The notes beneath the pieces were generated by a model. That model did no database searches. It saw only the letters and a list, made by a program, of their open reading frames with translations, and was not told the origin of the DNA. A stretch of 64,000 nucleotides of DNA from positions 124,001 through 188,000 of IMG/VR virus record IMGVR_UViG_3300047320_000285. One strand, given 5' to 3'. A program made the position numbers and the translations under genes. This document shows positions 18,945-28,909 of the stretch, in pieces. Every line of letters begins with the position of its first letter. The first letter of the stretch is position 1.

Positions 18945-19370
18945 ATGATGGAAGAAGATCAGGATCCGGTCAAGATCACTGTAGCAGGTGGTGGTTATGG
19001 GGCCAACACGCTGGTGTTTGGTGTGGTGCATGACGCGCTGGTGAAAGCGGGCTTTCACAGCGTGCGACCCAGCGAAATGCGCGGCTTTAACGAAGACGCG
19101 GGTCGGATGACTTCCCTGCTCGATGTGGTGCGGTCGATTCATCCGCATCTGTTCTATACGCCCGTCCACGTGCATCAGGATCTGGAGCAGGTGCGCTTTA
19201 CCGATGACGAGACCTTTCCGACGACTGCCGCATTGGAGGAAACTATTCACAAGGTCGTGCGCAAAGACTACGTGGATTACTACTCGGTGGTCACCGATCA
19301 GAATCTCGGCAACAGTCGGCATCTGGAAGAACTCCTAGATGCTCCGCCGATTGAGAGGGGCGTGATATGA
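18945..19370 (+). CDS. Paralog-array protein 4
   Basis: SD GAGGAGG; PVKITVAGG...VHDALVKAGFHSV...SLLDVVRSIHPHLFYTPVHV. Confidence 0.8.
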   Translation: MMEEDQDPVKITVAGGGYGANTLVFGVVHDALVKAGFHSVRPSEMRGFNEDAGRMTSLLDVVRSIHPHLFYTPVHVHQDLEQVRFTDDETFPTTAALEETIHKVVRKDYVDYYSVVTDQNLGNSRHLEELLDAPPIERGVI

Positions 19371-19795
19371 CCAAGCCTTTGAAGATCACCATCGAGGGCG
19401 GGAGTTTCGTCACCAACGTGGCGGCGTTTAATCTGGTCCATGATGCACTCGAAGGCGATGATCGGTTTCGCGACGTACGCTTCGAGCATCCGTTGGGCAC
19501 CGAACGGCCGTTGGTCGGTACGCCCGTTAGTCTACTAAAGACCCTGCAACGGAAGTACTGGGATCTGTTTGACGAGCCGGTGACGATTGTGCAGGACCTT
19601 GCAGGGGTGTCGGGTTACGACGAGGTCGACTGGGGTGAGCGACGTATCTTACTGGATATCGCCTACAAGACAGGCTTCTGTGCGGGTGAGTTAGACAACC
19701 GGGACGCAGTGGAAGCCGCCATCAAAGCAGCCATTGCTGGTTTAAAAGGAGAGCAAGATGGAAAAGAAAGAAGCACTTCAGCCGCTGAAGGTTGA
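19367..19795 (+). CDS. Paralog-array protein 5
   Basis: ATGA coupling; PLKITIEGG...VHDALEGDDRFRDV...SLLKTLQRKYWDLFDEPVTI. Confidence 0.8.
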   Translation: MTKPLKITIEGGSFVTNVAAFNLVHDALEGDDRFRDVRFEHPLGTERPLVGTPVSLLKTLQRKYWDLFDEPVTIVQDLAGVSGYDEVDWGERRILLDIAYKTGFCAGELDNRDAVEAAIKAAIAGLKGEQDGKERSTSAAEG

Positions 19796-20360
19796 AGTTT
19801 CGGGCGGTAGTCAAGTCGCCAACACACTCGTCTACGGGTTGATTCAGACGACCTTGCGAGGCGCTGGGTTCGATGATCTGAAACTGCAGCACCCCTACGG
19901 GTCTGCGGAGTCTGCGGATTCAGACGACATGGTGAGCCTGTTGGAAGTCTTGCAAGTCTCGAACCCGCAGTTGTTCGAAGTCCCGGTAACCTTGGTCCAG
20001 AAGGTCACCGACCGGACCTACGACTGGGGACAGCCGACGCATTTGGTCGAAAGCTTCGTGTACGGTGCTGACGAATACGAAGGTAAAGACTGTTCGAATG
20101 CCGAAATCTATCGCACCGAACAAGCCAAGGCTTTCCTCGCGAAGGTGCATGCCAACCAGACCCCAGCGGATCGTGCAGCGGCTGATGCCGAAGAACTCGC
20201 GATGGAAAGCAAGTTCTTGAAGCACATGAGCAATCCGGCGGTTCGCGAGGTACTGGAAGATCTGTTCGACGAAAAGATCAGCGAGACAGAATTGGCCGAG
20301 TTGCGCGCGAGCGTGGAAGCTAAGCAGAAAGCGGCTAAACAAGAAGCGTCTACGGCATAA
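19758..20360 (+). CDS. Paralog-array protein 6
   Basis: SD AAGGAG; PLKVEVSGG...LRGAGFDDL...SLLEVLQVSNPQLFEVPVTL. Confidence 0.8.
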   Translation: MEKKEALQPLKVEVSGGSQVANTLVYGLIQTTLRGAGFDDLKLQHPYGSAESADSDDMVSLLEVLQVSNPQLFEVPVTLVQKVTDRTYDWGQPTHLVESFVYGADEYEGKDCSNAEIYRTEQAKAFLAKVHANQTPADRAAADAEELAMESKFLKHMSNPAVREVLEDLFDEKISETELAELRASVEAKQKAAKQEASTA

Positions 20361-20402
20361 GCCTCCGAGCCCTCTACCTTTTGGGGTAGAGGGACGTATG
20401 CC
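20354..20402 (+). terminator. GGCATA...TATGCC hairpin
   Basis: CCCTCTACC stem with GGTAGAGGG, flanked by GGCATA and TATGCC, then a T tract. Confidence 0.65.
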
Positions 20403-20453
20403 GTCCTTTCTTTTTTGGCTTAATCTGATGTCCCCCTCATTCCAAGGATCGTC

Positions 20454-20804
20454 ATGTACCTGCCTTTGCAACCCCCGCCGGGCCCTTACGCCAGCCAAGA
20501 GACGCTCTTCGAGTGGCTCAAAGCGAACTGTCGCGACGCCACCTTACCGGCGACTATTTTCGCGCTGTGGAGTTACCCGCTCGCCGTCGTCCTCAAATAC
20601 AAGGTGGCCAAAGTGCGGGACTCTGCCAGTGCCTTAGCTGCTGACCCGACTAACAATCCCGCCCGGGGTGGGCGGGTCGACATTATCGTGCTGGAAGATG
20701 TCGATAACGATTGTGCGTTGTTTCACGTCGTGCTGGATACCGCCTTCAATACCAACCAGACGGGTGAGTGGATTACCGGTATCAACCCCCTGACAAGTGC
20801 CTAG
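20454..20804 (+). CDS. Hypothetical protein
   Basis: SD AAGGA; 116 aa; bounded by two hairpins. Confidence 0.65.
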   Translation: MYLPLQPPPGPYASQETLFEWLKANCRDATLPATIFALWSYPLAVVLKYKVAKVRDSASALAADPTNNPARGGRVDIIVLEDVDNDCALFHVVLDTAFNTNQTGEWITGINPLTSA

Positions 20805-20839
20805 AGCATAAGCCCAGCCCGAAGGCTGGGCGCTATGCC
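20805..20839. terminator. Bidirectional GCATA...TATGCC hairpin
   Basis: GCATA-A-GCCCAGCC-CGAA-GGCTGGGC-GC-TATGCC between convergent genes. Confidence 0.7.
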
Positions 20840-20850
20840 GTTACGCCAGA

Positions 20851-23658
20851 TTACAGCTTGAAACCGCTATCGTCTTCGAGGGGGTTGTCACCCTTGTTCT
20901 CGTCGTTAGCGTTGGCGTCAGGATTCTCTTCAGTCGGACCACCCAAACCGCCCAGACCATCATCCAGACCCCCCAGACCCGTATCCAAGCCACCGAGTCC
21001 GTCGTCGAAACCACCCCCAAAGCCACCGCCACTGCCCGCGCTCGAAGTCGAGGTCGCTTCCGAGGTGGTGGCTTCTGCCCCGCCCTCAGTCGTATCGGCT
21101 TCTTTGCGTTTGGCTTCAGCAGCGTTGGCTTCCTTCTTGAGTTCAGTCATCTTATCCAAGAAGTGGTTGATGGTGGCGCCCATCGCCTTGGCGTGCTCGC
21201 TACTGACGTTGTACAGATCGACCCGCGGCTTGCCTTCTTCGTCGGTGGACACGAGTTCCGACAACTCCGAGAGCATGCCCGTTTCGGCCATGTACTTACG
21301 CGCGTAGTAGGCCTTGATGTTCTCCTTGACCATGTCGACGTGTTCCGACACATCGCCAATCGTATCAGCATTGAGGATGTTGGTCGAGACATAGTAATCG
21401 AGCGCCTTCTCCAGCGTTTCCATGTACTTGTCGAACGCCGCTGCTTGGTTCTCCAGCGACACCGAGTTCGGTCGTGGCAACGAGACCTTAAAGCCCAGCA
21501 CGAAGTCGTACAGCGCCTCGCGGATGATCAGCTCCTTCAGCTGGTCCTTGCTACCCTCAGCCAGCCGCGAGAAGCGTGCTTTCATCTCCTCATCGTTCTC
21601 GTAGCGACGCAAAATCGCGTCGTACTTGGATTCGATGATCTTGCGCAGATCTTTGATGAGACCTTCATCGTTCATCGCCACTTTGTGCAGGTGATCTTCC
21701 ACCAGCGGCACGAACTGATCCTGCAAGCTGATCACGTTCTTCGAGATCAGGATGTTGTTGGTCACGATCGAGGTGGCAAACTCCGCCTCATAGCCCGCAT
21801 CCACCACCTGTGCCGGCAGACCAAACTTCTGGATCGAGCGCTTGCGCAAGTCCTCTTCCAGCTCCGTGTCCGGCTTCACGTAGTTGCTGTTCTTCTCCGT
21901 GAATTCCACCGACGTATCCGGCATCCGGGGGTGACCCGAGAAGCTGAACTCGAATGCGGCCCGCTGCATGTAATCCGTCAGGTCCACCGGTGAGGTGACG
22001 CCGATCGGGAAGGCTTGCTGACGCGTGCGGGCGATTTCGTGCATGTAGCGCTCAATCGTCTTTTGCGGATCCGGATCGGTTTCATCCAGCTTGATCGCCA
22101 CGCCGGTGCGGCCGATGGAGTTCTTCATCGCCGCCATGGTGTTGGAGAACGTCAGCATCGAGCGCAGCGACGACAGGATCTTCATCTCGTCGAGTACCGA
22201 GCGACCGATCCCATCCGGGCTGAACTTGAACGCAAAGTACGTCATCAGCTCAATCGGCAGGAACAGCATCTGCGTGTGCTGTGAGGCCAGCGCGCGTGCC
22301 AGCATGATCCGGTAGACTTCCGGCTTATTCGCCAGTGCTACGCCGTTGGTGTAGATGCCGTTACGCAGACGACTGAGCAGATCCTGCTCCACCATCGCGC
22401 CATACACCTGAGCCGAGTAAGCCAGATGTTGCCGGTTACCGGTATCAAAGCCGCTGATGTTGGCCTTGACCTTGTTCAGCATCGCGGTGGCAAACGAACC
22501 ACCGGAGTTCATCCGGTTCCCCATCTGGGAGTAGATATCTTCCGGATTCTGACGGGTCAAGGGATTGCCGTCTTCGTCGATCAGCACAAAGAAGCCCACC
22601 TGCTGCTTGACGTTGCCCGGCACATACACCGGAATCACCGCTTCGCTGGGCAAGTGCATGATCAGCGGCGCACCCACCGTGCGACGGTTCAGGCGCTCCT
22701 GCGTGACGATCGTATCGATGGGCCGGTACTGACGGTTCGGGCTCTTGTAGAGCAGGTTATGCAGTTCCCGATCCGACAGTTTGGAGGGATCTTCCGCATA
22801 CTTCTCCAGCGCCATGCCGCCTAGCGCGCCCTTGACGCGCTCTTCGCGGATCTTCTGGTTGACCTGCGGGATCTTCAACAGGTTCTGGTTGTCAATTACC
22901 GAGGTGAAGGTATCCTGCGCCTTGCCACCGAAGTGGTCTTCCAGTGCCAGATATGAATCGTACTCCGGACCTTTGCGCCGGGACGGATCGTTAAACGACT
23001 CCATCGACAGCGAGGCTTGCTTGCCGCCGACCACGCTCTGCTGGCCCTTCTTGGTCGGATTACCCAGCAAGCCCTTACACTTGATCGAGCCATCGGCGTT
23101 GATGTCCGAGGACAGACTTTCCATCTTGATAAAGCGATTGTTGTTAATCACTTCATCGATGGCGTTTTCCGGAATCACCGCCACCGGGTAAGAACCCGTG
23201 TGCAGAATCATGTCCTTGAGCCACGAGGACATAAGCGGTTTAATGTTATAGTCGGTCTCGAAATACTTCCCCAACCGATCCACCAAGGCAGCCGCCACGT
23301 CAGGAGGCAAGCTGCCCTCCGGGGCGCTATAATTCACCTCGGTGGTCATCATGTCTTTCGGGGACAGGATACACGAAATCAGGATGGTTGCCGCCAGTTC
23401 CGTTTCCGGCAGCACTTGCATCACGGTCTCGGCGTCCGTAATGTCGCGCCCAATCCGCTCCGACAGATTCCGCAGTTCGAAGACGTTCGGTTCACCCGGT
23501 TGCATTTCGCCACGTTGGCTGAACTTGGCGGGTTCGCGGCCGGGAATCAGCTTGGAAAGCATTGCCGCCAGTTCCGGTTCATTCCGTACCAACGGCATGA
23601 CCGGATACTGTTTCCCCTTGCTCGCCAGGCCGATTGCGGTCTTAAGCGCTTTTGACAT
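20851..23658 (-). CDS. Portal protein (phiKZ gp129-like)
   Basis: 935 aa; YPVAVIPENAID, HLPSEAVIPV, YFAFKFSPDGIGRS. SME/ALE sites in the N-terminal third, acidic Gly-rich tail, divergent from the gp128-like gene as in phiKZ. Confidence 0.8.
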   Translation of the reverse strand: MSKALKTAIGLASKGKQYPVMPLVRNEPELAAMLSKLIPGREPAKFSQRGEMQPGEPNVFELRNLSERIGRDITDAETVMQVLPETELAATILISCILSPKDMMTTEVNYSAPEGSLPPDVAAALVDRLGKYFETDYNIKPLMSSWLKDMILHTGSYPVAVIPENAIDEVINNNRFIKMESLSSDINADGSIKCKGLLGNPTKKGQQSVVGGKQASLSMESFNDPSRRKGPEYDSYLALEDHFGGKAQDTFTSVIDNQNLLKIPQVNQKIREERVKGALGGMALEKYAEDPSKLSDRELHNLLYKSPNRQYRPIDTIVTQERLNRRTVGAPLIMHLPSEAVIPVYVPGNVKQQVGFFVLIDEDGNPLTRQNPEDIYSQMGNRMNSGGSFATAMLNKVKANISGFDTGNRQHLAYSAQVYGAMVEQDLLSRLRNGIYTNGVALANKPEVYRIMLARALASQHTQMLFLPIELMTYFAFKFSPDGIGRSVLDEMKILSSLRSMLTFSNTMAAMKNSIGRTGVAIKLDETDPDPQKTIERYMHEIARTRQQAFPIGVTSPVDLTDYMQRAAFEFSFSGHPRMPDTSVEFTEKNSNYVKPDTELEEDLRKRSIQKFGLPAQVVDAGYEAEFATSIVTNNILISKNVISLQDQFVPLVEDHLHKVAMNDEGLIKDLRKIIESKYDAILRRYENDEEMKARFSRLAEGSKDQLKELIIREALYDFVLGFKVSLPRPNSVSLENQAAAFDKYMETLEKALDYYVSTNILNADTIGDVSEHVDMVKENIKAYYARKYMAETGMLSELSELVSTDEEGKPRVDLYNVSSEHAKAMGATINHFLDKMTELKKEANAAEAKRKEADTTEGGAEATTSEATSTSSAGSGGGFGGGFDDGLGGLDTGLGGLDDGLGGLGGPTEENPDANANDENKGDNPLEDDSGFKL

Positions 23659-23691
23659 TATAAACCCTCTTGAATAATTACTGGAATCGTC

Positions 23692-26052
23692 ATGGCGAAC
23701 TCAAACTATTACCAAATCTACATCGGTAAAGTCCTTCAGCTCGCTGCGACCATTGTGATTAAATCGACAGATTTTGCACAAGCAATCAACGCTGGCTTGC
23801 AGGCGCAGGCCATGGCCGCTGGGCTTTCCGCGGATTCGGCGGTCGATCTGACCGATCCGACAACGTGGAAGTACTATATGAATTTGGCAGGCGCGTATCA
23901 TCCGACCGATACCCCGATGCAAGTGGTGTCCATGGATACGCTGGAAACCATCGATTTTACGGTGGCGAACCTCGCAATCCATCGGGCGACCAATCGCGCC
24001 TACCAGTACGGCACCCGCCAGTACAATGAGTTGCTCTCGCTCTACCCGCAACAGGAAATGCTGATCCGCGGCATTCTCTACCCGGTCGATCTGGCGACGG
24101 CGATTGCCGCGGACGACTACACGATTCTGGGCGGTTACCCGGCGGGGCTGGTGGAAGCGAACGAATACACCCTGATCGAGCGTTTGCAGACGTGGATCAA
24201 CGGCACCATGCTGCGCTGGTACAACCGCGCCTACACGGTGTCGGACAATCTGTACTGTGCGGCGCACTGGGGCAAGGTGTATTTGTTTCTCGTCCCGGCG
24301 ATTTTGAACCTGCGCCTCGAGAAGTGTAAAACCAATGAGGCTCATAGTTTTCACGTACGTCAGTATCTGGCCTCGCATGGCGGGCTGGATGCGTTCTTTG
24401 AACAGCTCACCACCGCCCAATCGCTGGCGCTGTATCGCAACATCGCCTACCTCGAACGCCATCCGGGGCAACAGGCGAGCTTTACGTATCTGGTCCGCAA
24501 GCTGCTCACCGAGCGTAACTTGCCGCTGGCCGAGTACGACATGAAGCACGATACGTCACAGATGGATGGCTTTGATCCGGTGCTCTCCGGCACCGAAGGC
24601 AATCGGGGGAGCGACATCCAACCGACCATCTTCTTTGAACGTACCCCGCTGAACTTGGGCTTTAGCTTCGACACGGCCAACATCGCCACACTCGATCAGT
24701 TGCTGACCAAGGAACAGCCCACCGCTCGGGATAACGCAGAGTTTCAGACCGACGTGGAACCTGCGATCCGCTCGCAGATGGCGTACTCGCTGGGTAACAA
24801 GCTCAAGACCAAGGCGCTGGAATCGGCCATGGTGGACTACACCGATGCGTCGCCCTACACGCTCACCTCGACCCTACTCAATCACTGGTTGTGGCTGGCG
24901 CACTCCGGCTACTACACCGCGGTGGTGAATGTGGCCAATCCGGTCACCGGGGAACGGATCGCCTTACCGGCGCTTGACGCATATGCTTTCATGTGGTACG
25001 CGTTCTGCCAGACCATCGGTCTCGTGCTCGATGAGATCCCACCGGTGTTGGCCACCCACGTCCAGCGGATCCCCACGCCCTCGCCGTCGGACCTGATGAG
25101 CGTGGTGGATACCAGCATGGTGGGGATTGACCGCGCCAAGTGGTTGCTCTCGTATCAGCCGGTGATCACCAACATGATCTCCACCGATGCGTTCTACGCC
25201 ATGTGTCAACAGATCTGGCGTGCGGAGAATATCCAAGCCAATATCGTCGCGCTGGAGGAGCATCAGGTTAAACGCGCCTACGTGGATAACATGATGAATC
25301 GCATCTACGCCGATGTGCTGGTGCCGCTGTCGACACCGGGGGATAATTACAAGGCATGGTTTGCCGCGCGCAACATCGATCTGACCGGCTGGTCGAAAGA
25401 TGACTTCGGGCTGGTGTACACGAGTCTGGTGGCCACCGCCACGGGGCAGGACTTGACCACCAATAACTCGGTGGCGGCGTTGCAAAAGGCCATGATCGGG
25501 ATCATGCAACAGCTCTCGTCCTACAGCGTGCAGTACCTTGCGTACATCAACAGCGGGGCGATTGTACCGCTCGACTGGCCGATGGTGCGACTGGGCGACA
25601 TCAACGCCAAGATCTTGGGCGAGTATGAAATCCCCAACCTGAACGTCCGCCTGCTGGACTTTGGCAGTACCTTGCGCCGCGTGCTGAAGCTGCCGATCTG
25701 GTACAACGACTTTGACATGAGCCTGATGGTCAAGGTCAAGGACGGCTACCGTTACGAGATGAAAGACCTGATCCGGTTCGCCAAAGCACCGGCCACGGTG
25801 TACAAGCAGAAGCTGGACATCCCGGTGGACATCACATGGGAGGGTGCGGAAGCCACCAATGATCTGGGGATTTTCCCGGTACTGGGGATCGACCAATATT
25901 TGCAGTTGACCCCGGATCAGCAGCAGAACTTCAAGGATGTGTATGGCTCGTGCTGGACACCTGAGAATCCGCAATATGTACAACTGTCAACGCTCGTGCG
26001 CGCGACGGACCTCAATGGTCTGGTCTACGTGCAGCCGACACAGCAACCCTAG
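23692..26052 (+). CDS. Virion structural protein (phiKZ gp128-like)
   Basis: 786 aa; WKYYMNLAGAYHPTD and HSFHVRQYLASH motifs; synteny with portal. Confidence 0.75.
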   Translation: MANSNYYQIYIGKVLQLAATIVIKSTDFAQAINAGLQAQAMAAGLSADSAVDLTDPTTWKYYMNLAGAYHPTDTPMQVVSMDTLETIDFTVANLAIHRATNRAYQYGTRQYNELLSLYPQQEMLIRGILYPVDLATAIAADDYTILGGYPAGLVEANEYTLIERLQTWINGTMLRWYNRAYTVSDNLYCAAHWGKVYLFLVPAILNLRLEKCKTNEAHSFHVRQYLASHGGLDAFFEQLTTAQSLALYRNIAYLERHPGQQASFTYLVRKLLTERNLPLAEYDMKHDTSQMDGFDPVLSGTEGNRGSDIQPTIFFERTPLNLGFSFDTANIATLDQLLTKEQPTARDNAEFQTDVEPAIRSQMAYSLGNKLKTKALESAMVDYTDASPYTLTSTLLNHWLWLAHSGYYTAVVNVANPVTGERIALPALDAYAFMWYAFCQTIGLVLDEIPPVLATHVQRIPTPSPSDLMSVVDTSMVGIDRAKWLLSYQPVITNMISTDAFYAMCQQIWRAENIQANIVALEEHQVKRAYVDNMMNRIYADVLVPLSTPGDNYKAWFAARNIDLTGWSKDDFGLVYTSLVATATGQDLTTNNSVAALQKAMIGIMQQLSSYSVQYLAYINSGAIVPLDWPMVRLGDINAKILGEYEIPNLNVRLLDFGSTLRRVLKLPIWYNDFDMSLMVKVKDGYRYEMKDLIRFAKAPATVYKQKLDIPVDITWEGAEATNDLGIFPVLGIDQYLQLTPDQQQNFKDVYGSCWTPENPQYVQLSTLVRATDLNGLVYVQPTQQP

Positions 26053-26104
26053 CGCGTCAATTGTGTGACGTATCCTGTATAAAACTTTAAGCAAGGACCT
26101 TATT

Positions 26105-26974
26105 GTGAAGCTGATCACAAGAACCGCGTATGGTGGCTTTCTGCAAACCACGCAATTGACGGGGCGACCGTTCGCGTTGGTGCCGAACACCACGCTGAAT
26201 GAAAAGTTTGGCGTACTGTCGGGGCAGATTCCGGCCGCTGGTACGATTCCGTTTCTGGATTATTTCGTGATCGGTAACGGCGGTCACAAGTGGTCCAGCA
26301 CAACCACCACCACGGGCCAGATCATCGGTAAGCCTGAGCCTGTGCAACACCGCGCCACCGATGCGGCGCTCTACAACCAGATCCCGTTCGTCTTGCGCGA
26401 GCCGGGTAATGACCTGACGCAAGCCCAGATGCAGGCGTATCGCATCCGGGTGCCGATCGTCATCGCCGGCGTGAACTACATCGCCTACTACGCCAAGGTG
26501 TTTGACTACACCGGGGTGGCGGCGGCGATGCAACTGATCACCACCAACTCGGATGGCTCGACTACCGTGACGCCATTTGTCCCGGACTCGTCGAACCTGA
26601 ACCCGACCCCGCCCGACTTGTCGAGCACCGGGGTGAACGTGGTGACCGGTCAGTACGTGACGTCCAGCGCGAAGCTGCCGCTGAACCTTACGGCTAATGA
26701 CCAGCAAGAGCTGCTCAATGTCGCCAACATTCTGTACGGCGACCCTGAGCTGGCCATCATCTCCGAAATCGGGCTGTGTTCGGGGGTGGACAAAGTGGTG
26801 GCAGGGGGAGGTTCGGGTCAACCGACGTTCAACTACACCGAGGCTCTCGCCTGCCAGATCGTCTCGTTCTTCAACTCGTTCTACGCGATGGAGTTCGCCG
26901 ACGACGGTATTCAAGTGTTGCTCGATGTCGGCGCAACCGAACCGCTCCTGAAGCTTGCAGGAGTGAACGCGTAA
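26105..26974 (+). CDS. Putative virion structural protein
   Basis: 289 aa; YNQIPFVLR, YIAYYAK, AIISEIGLCSGVD, recalled as conserved in phiKZ-like phages upstream of the RuvC-like gene. Confidence 0.7.
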   Translation: MKLITRTAYGGFLQTTQLTGRPFALVPNTTLNEKFGVLSGQIPAAGTIPFLDYFVIGNGGHKWSSTTTTTGQIIGKPEPVQHRATDAALYNQIPFVLREPGNDLTQAQMQAYRIRVPIVIAGVNYIAYYAKVFDYTGVAAAMQLITTNSDGSTTVTPFVPDSSNLNPTPPDLSSTGVNVVTGQYVTSSAKLPLNLTANDQQELLNVANILYGDPELAIISEIGLCSGVDKVVAGGGSGQPTFNYTEALACQIVSFFNSFYAMEFADDGIQVLLDVGATEPLLKLAGVNA

Positions 26975-26984
26975 GAGGTGTAGC

Positions 26985-27566
26985 ATGCTGGTGATTCCTA
27001 ACACCAGCCCGCTCAGCGCTACCTTGGTCGGTCACGACCCGGGTAGTGATACCTTTGGGGTGGGCATCTTGGAATTCAATATCCTCAGTCTGGAGATTGA
27101 ATCCACCGAGGCGTTCACCCTGAAGGGTGCTAAGCTGGGCCGAGGAACGTGGGACACCGAGCTTCAGGGCGATATGATGGGTCGCATCTGGGCGCTCGAG
27201 GAAGAGTTGGGCCAGATCTATCGTCGGTACAATCCGTTTATGGTTGGCAGTGAATCCCCCTTTATCAGTCGCAAGTTCCCACAAGCGGGGCTGGTGCTGA
27301 CCCGGGTGATGTGCTCGATTCATAACGCGCTGTATGACTACGATCGTTGGAAAGTACTGCACACCTACGAACCGGGCGTCGTCAAGAACGCCGCGGGTGC
27401 GTCAGGCCGTGCAGGTAAAGACCCGGTGAGGGATGCGTTACTGGTCCATCCCGGATTACACTATCGCGGTGACGTGGCCCTCAAAGATCTCGACGAGCAC
27501 TCCATCGACGCGCTCGCGGTGTGTCTGGCCATGTTGCAAGAATTAAGAAAAGAGGCCGGACTATGA
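26985..27566 (+). CDS. ruvC: RuvC-like Holliday junction resolvase
   Basis: GHDPGSDTFGVG, GSESPF, VKNAAG..G.A.K..V, and DEHSIDALAV give the four RuvC acidic-site segments. Confidence 0.8.
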   Translation: MLVIPNTSPLSATLVGHDPGSDTFGVGILEFNILSLEIESTEAFTLKGAKLGRGTWDTELQGDMMGRIWALEEELGQIYRRYNPFMVGSESPFISRKFPQAGLVLTRVMCSIHNALYDYDRWKVLHTYEPGVVKNAAGASGRAGKDPVRDALLVHPGLHYRGDVALKDLDEHSIDALAVCLAMLQELRKEAGL

Positions 27567-28087
27567 CACTCCAAGTCAAAGCAATTATCGGGGCAGTACT
27601 CTTCGCCATTATCGCCGGGCTCGGCTGGTTTGGCTACCACATGGTCCACGTGTGGGCGGATCAGAAAATGATTACCGGTGAGCAAACCACGGTGATCAAG
27701 GATCAGAGCCAGACGATCCAGCTCAACGCCTCGAGCGCGGCGATCACGGACGCGGCCACTGCCAACGCGGCGAGTCAAGCGCAAGCGGTGCAAGACACCC
27801 AAGGCAAGATCGATCAGTCGACCGAAGCCCAGATCAAGAACTTGGCGCAGCAGTATGCCGGCCAAACGATGACGCCGAACGTGACTTACACGCCCGTCAC
27901 GCCGAGCACGGCGAGCCCCGCACCGAAACCGGTCCCAGTTACCGTACCTGCAACCACACCCAGCCAACCGACCCCTTACGAGGTCGCGGTCAGTCAAGTG
28001 CGCATCACGGGCGTGTGGCAAACCTACTGTGCAGGCAATCCCTCGGACCCGGACTGCCAAGGCGTCCCGGCGCCGCAAGCCCAGTAG
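27563..28087 (+). CDS. Inner-membrane spanin (Rz-like)
   Basis: ATGA overlap with ruvC stop; N-terminal TM, Ala/Gln coiled coil, Pro/Thr linker, C-terminal WQTYC...PDC. Confidence 0.75.
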   Translation: MTLQVKAIIGAVLFAIIAGLGWFGYHMVHVWADQKMITGEQTTVIKDQSQTIQLNASSAAITDAATANAASQAQAVQDTQGKIDQSTEAQIKNLAQQYAGQTMTPNVTYTPVTPSTASPAPKPVPVTVPATTPSQPTPYEVAVSQVRITGVWQTYCAGNPSDPDCQGVPAPQAQ

Positions 28088-28112
28088 CGACACTACTTTA
28101 CAAGGATGGATC

Positions 28113-28448
28113 ATGAAAAAAACCATACTGAGCGCGCTATGCGTAGCGATGCTCGCGGGGTGTGCTGGGAACATTCAGTACGTGGATAAGCCAGTGTATG
28201 TGCCGATTCCAAAAGCTTTGCTGGGGACCTGCAAGACCGAAGCGCCGCCGGGTCGCGGCACGTATCCTACACTGTCATGGCCGGATAAGGAACAGGCATG
28301 GACGACGTATTCGACCAAACAGATCAACGACAACACGACCTGCAACGCTCGGAGCGCGCAGCTGATCCAGTGGGACAGTCAACAACAGGCACTGTACAGC
28401 GGAGCAAGCGCGCCGGCAGCCGCCTCCGCTCCCGGGGTGGCAAAGTGA
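28113..28448 (+). CDS. Outer-membrane lipoprotein spanin (Rz1-like)
   Basis: SD AAGGA; signal MKKTILSALCVAMLAG-C (lipobox LAGC); PKALLGTC..APP and TCN motifs; directly after the i-spanin. Confidence 0.8.
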   Translation: MKKTILSALCVAMLAGCAGNIQYVDKPVYVPIPKALLGTCKTEAPPGRGTYPTLSWPDKEQAWTTYSTKQINDNTTCNARSAQLIQWDSQQQALYSGASAPAAASAPGVAK

Positions 28449-28906
28449 ATCTGATGGCGACAGTGCTGACCGATATCAACGATGACGCGCTGGTGCTTAA
28501 TCACAAGTCACCCGAGTCCGCCATGGCTCGGCTGGTGCGGGAATACGGCACATACTCCCAGCGCATCGACCGGCTGCCAGACATGTGCGCCACCTCCACG
28601 GGCAAGGATTTGAAAACGGCCATTCTCACGATGGCGCCGGAAGATCAGATCAAACTTGCCTATCACTATTACCTCAATACGGGCACACTGGAAGATGACC
28701 AAGCCGAGGAGGTGGAAGAGCGCAAGCTCAAACACTTCGTCGTGAGGATCATCGTGATCGTCGCGGCTGCGATGGTGCTGCTGCTCGTCGGTGGCGCAGT
28801 GGTCTACACGCACCAGTGCGCCTCAGAAACCGGTGAGCCCGTAATCAATGGTTTCTTGTCGACTGCCGCTGAGATCGCCAAGATTCTGTTGTCTTTTGGA
28901 GAATGA
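28445..28906 (+). CDS. Membrane protein, holin/antiholin candidate
   Basis: GTGA overlap with o-spanin; KLKH then TM FVVRIIVIVAAAMVLLLVGGAVVY and a C-terminal amphipathic helix. Confidence 0.6.
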   Translation: MNLMATVLTDINDDALVLNHKSPESAMARLVREYGTYSQRIDRLPDMCATSTGKDLKTAILTMAPEDQIKLAYHYYLNTGTLEDDQAEEVEERKLKHFVVRIIVIVAAAMVLLLVGGAVVYTHQCASETGEPVINGFLSTAAEIAKILLSFGE

Positions 28907-28909
28907 CCG

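Noticed and set aside
28298-28444. Apparent nested overlap of the TM gene within the o-spanin
   Set aside because: Upstream extension is low-quality sequence; the GTGA overlap at 28445 explains the start.
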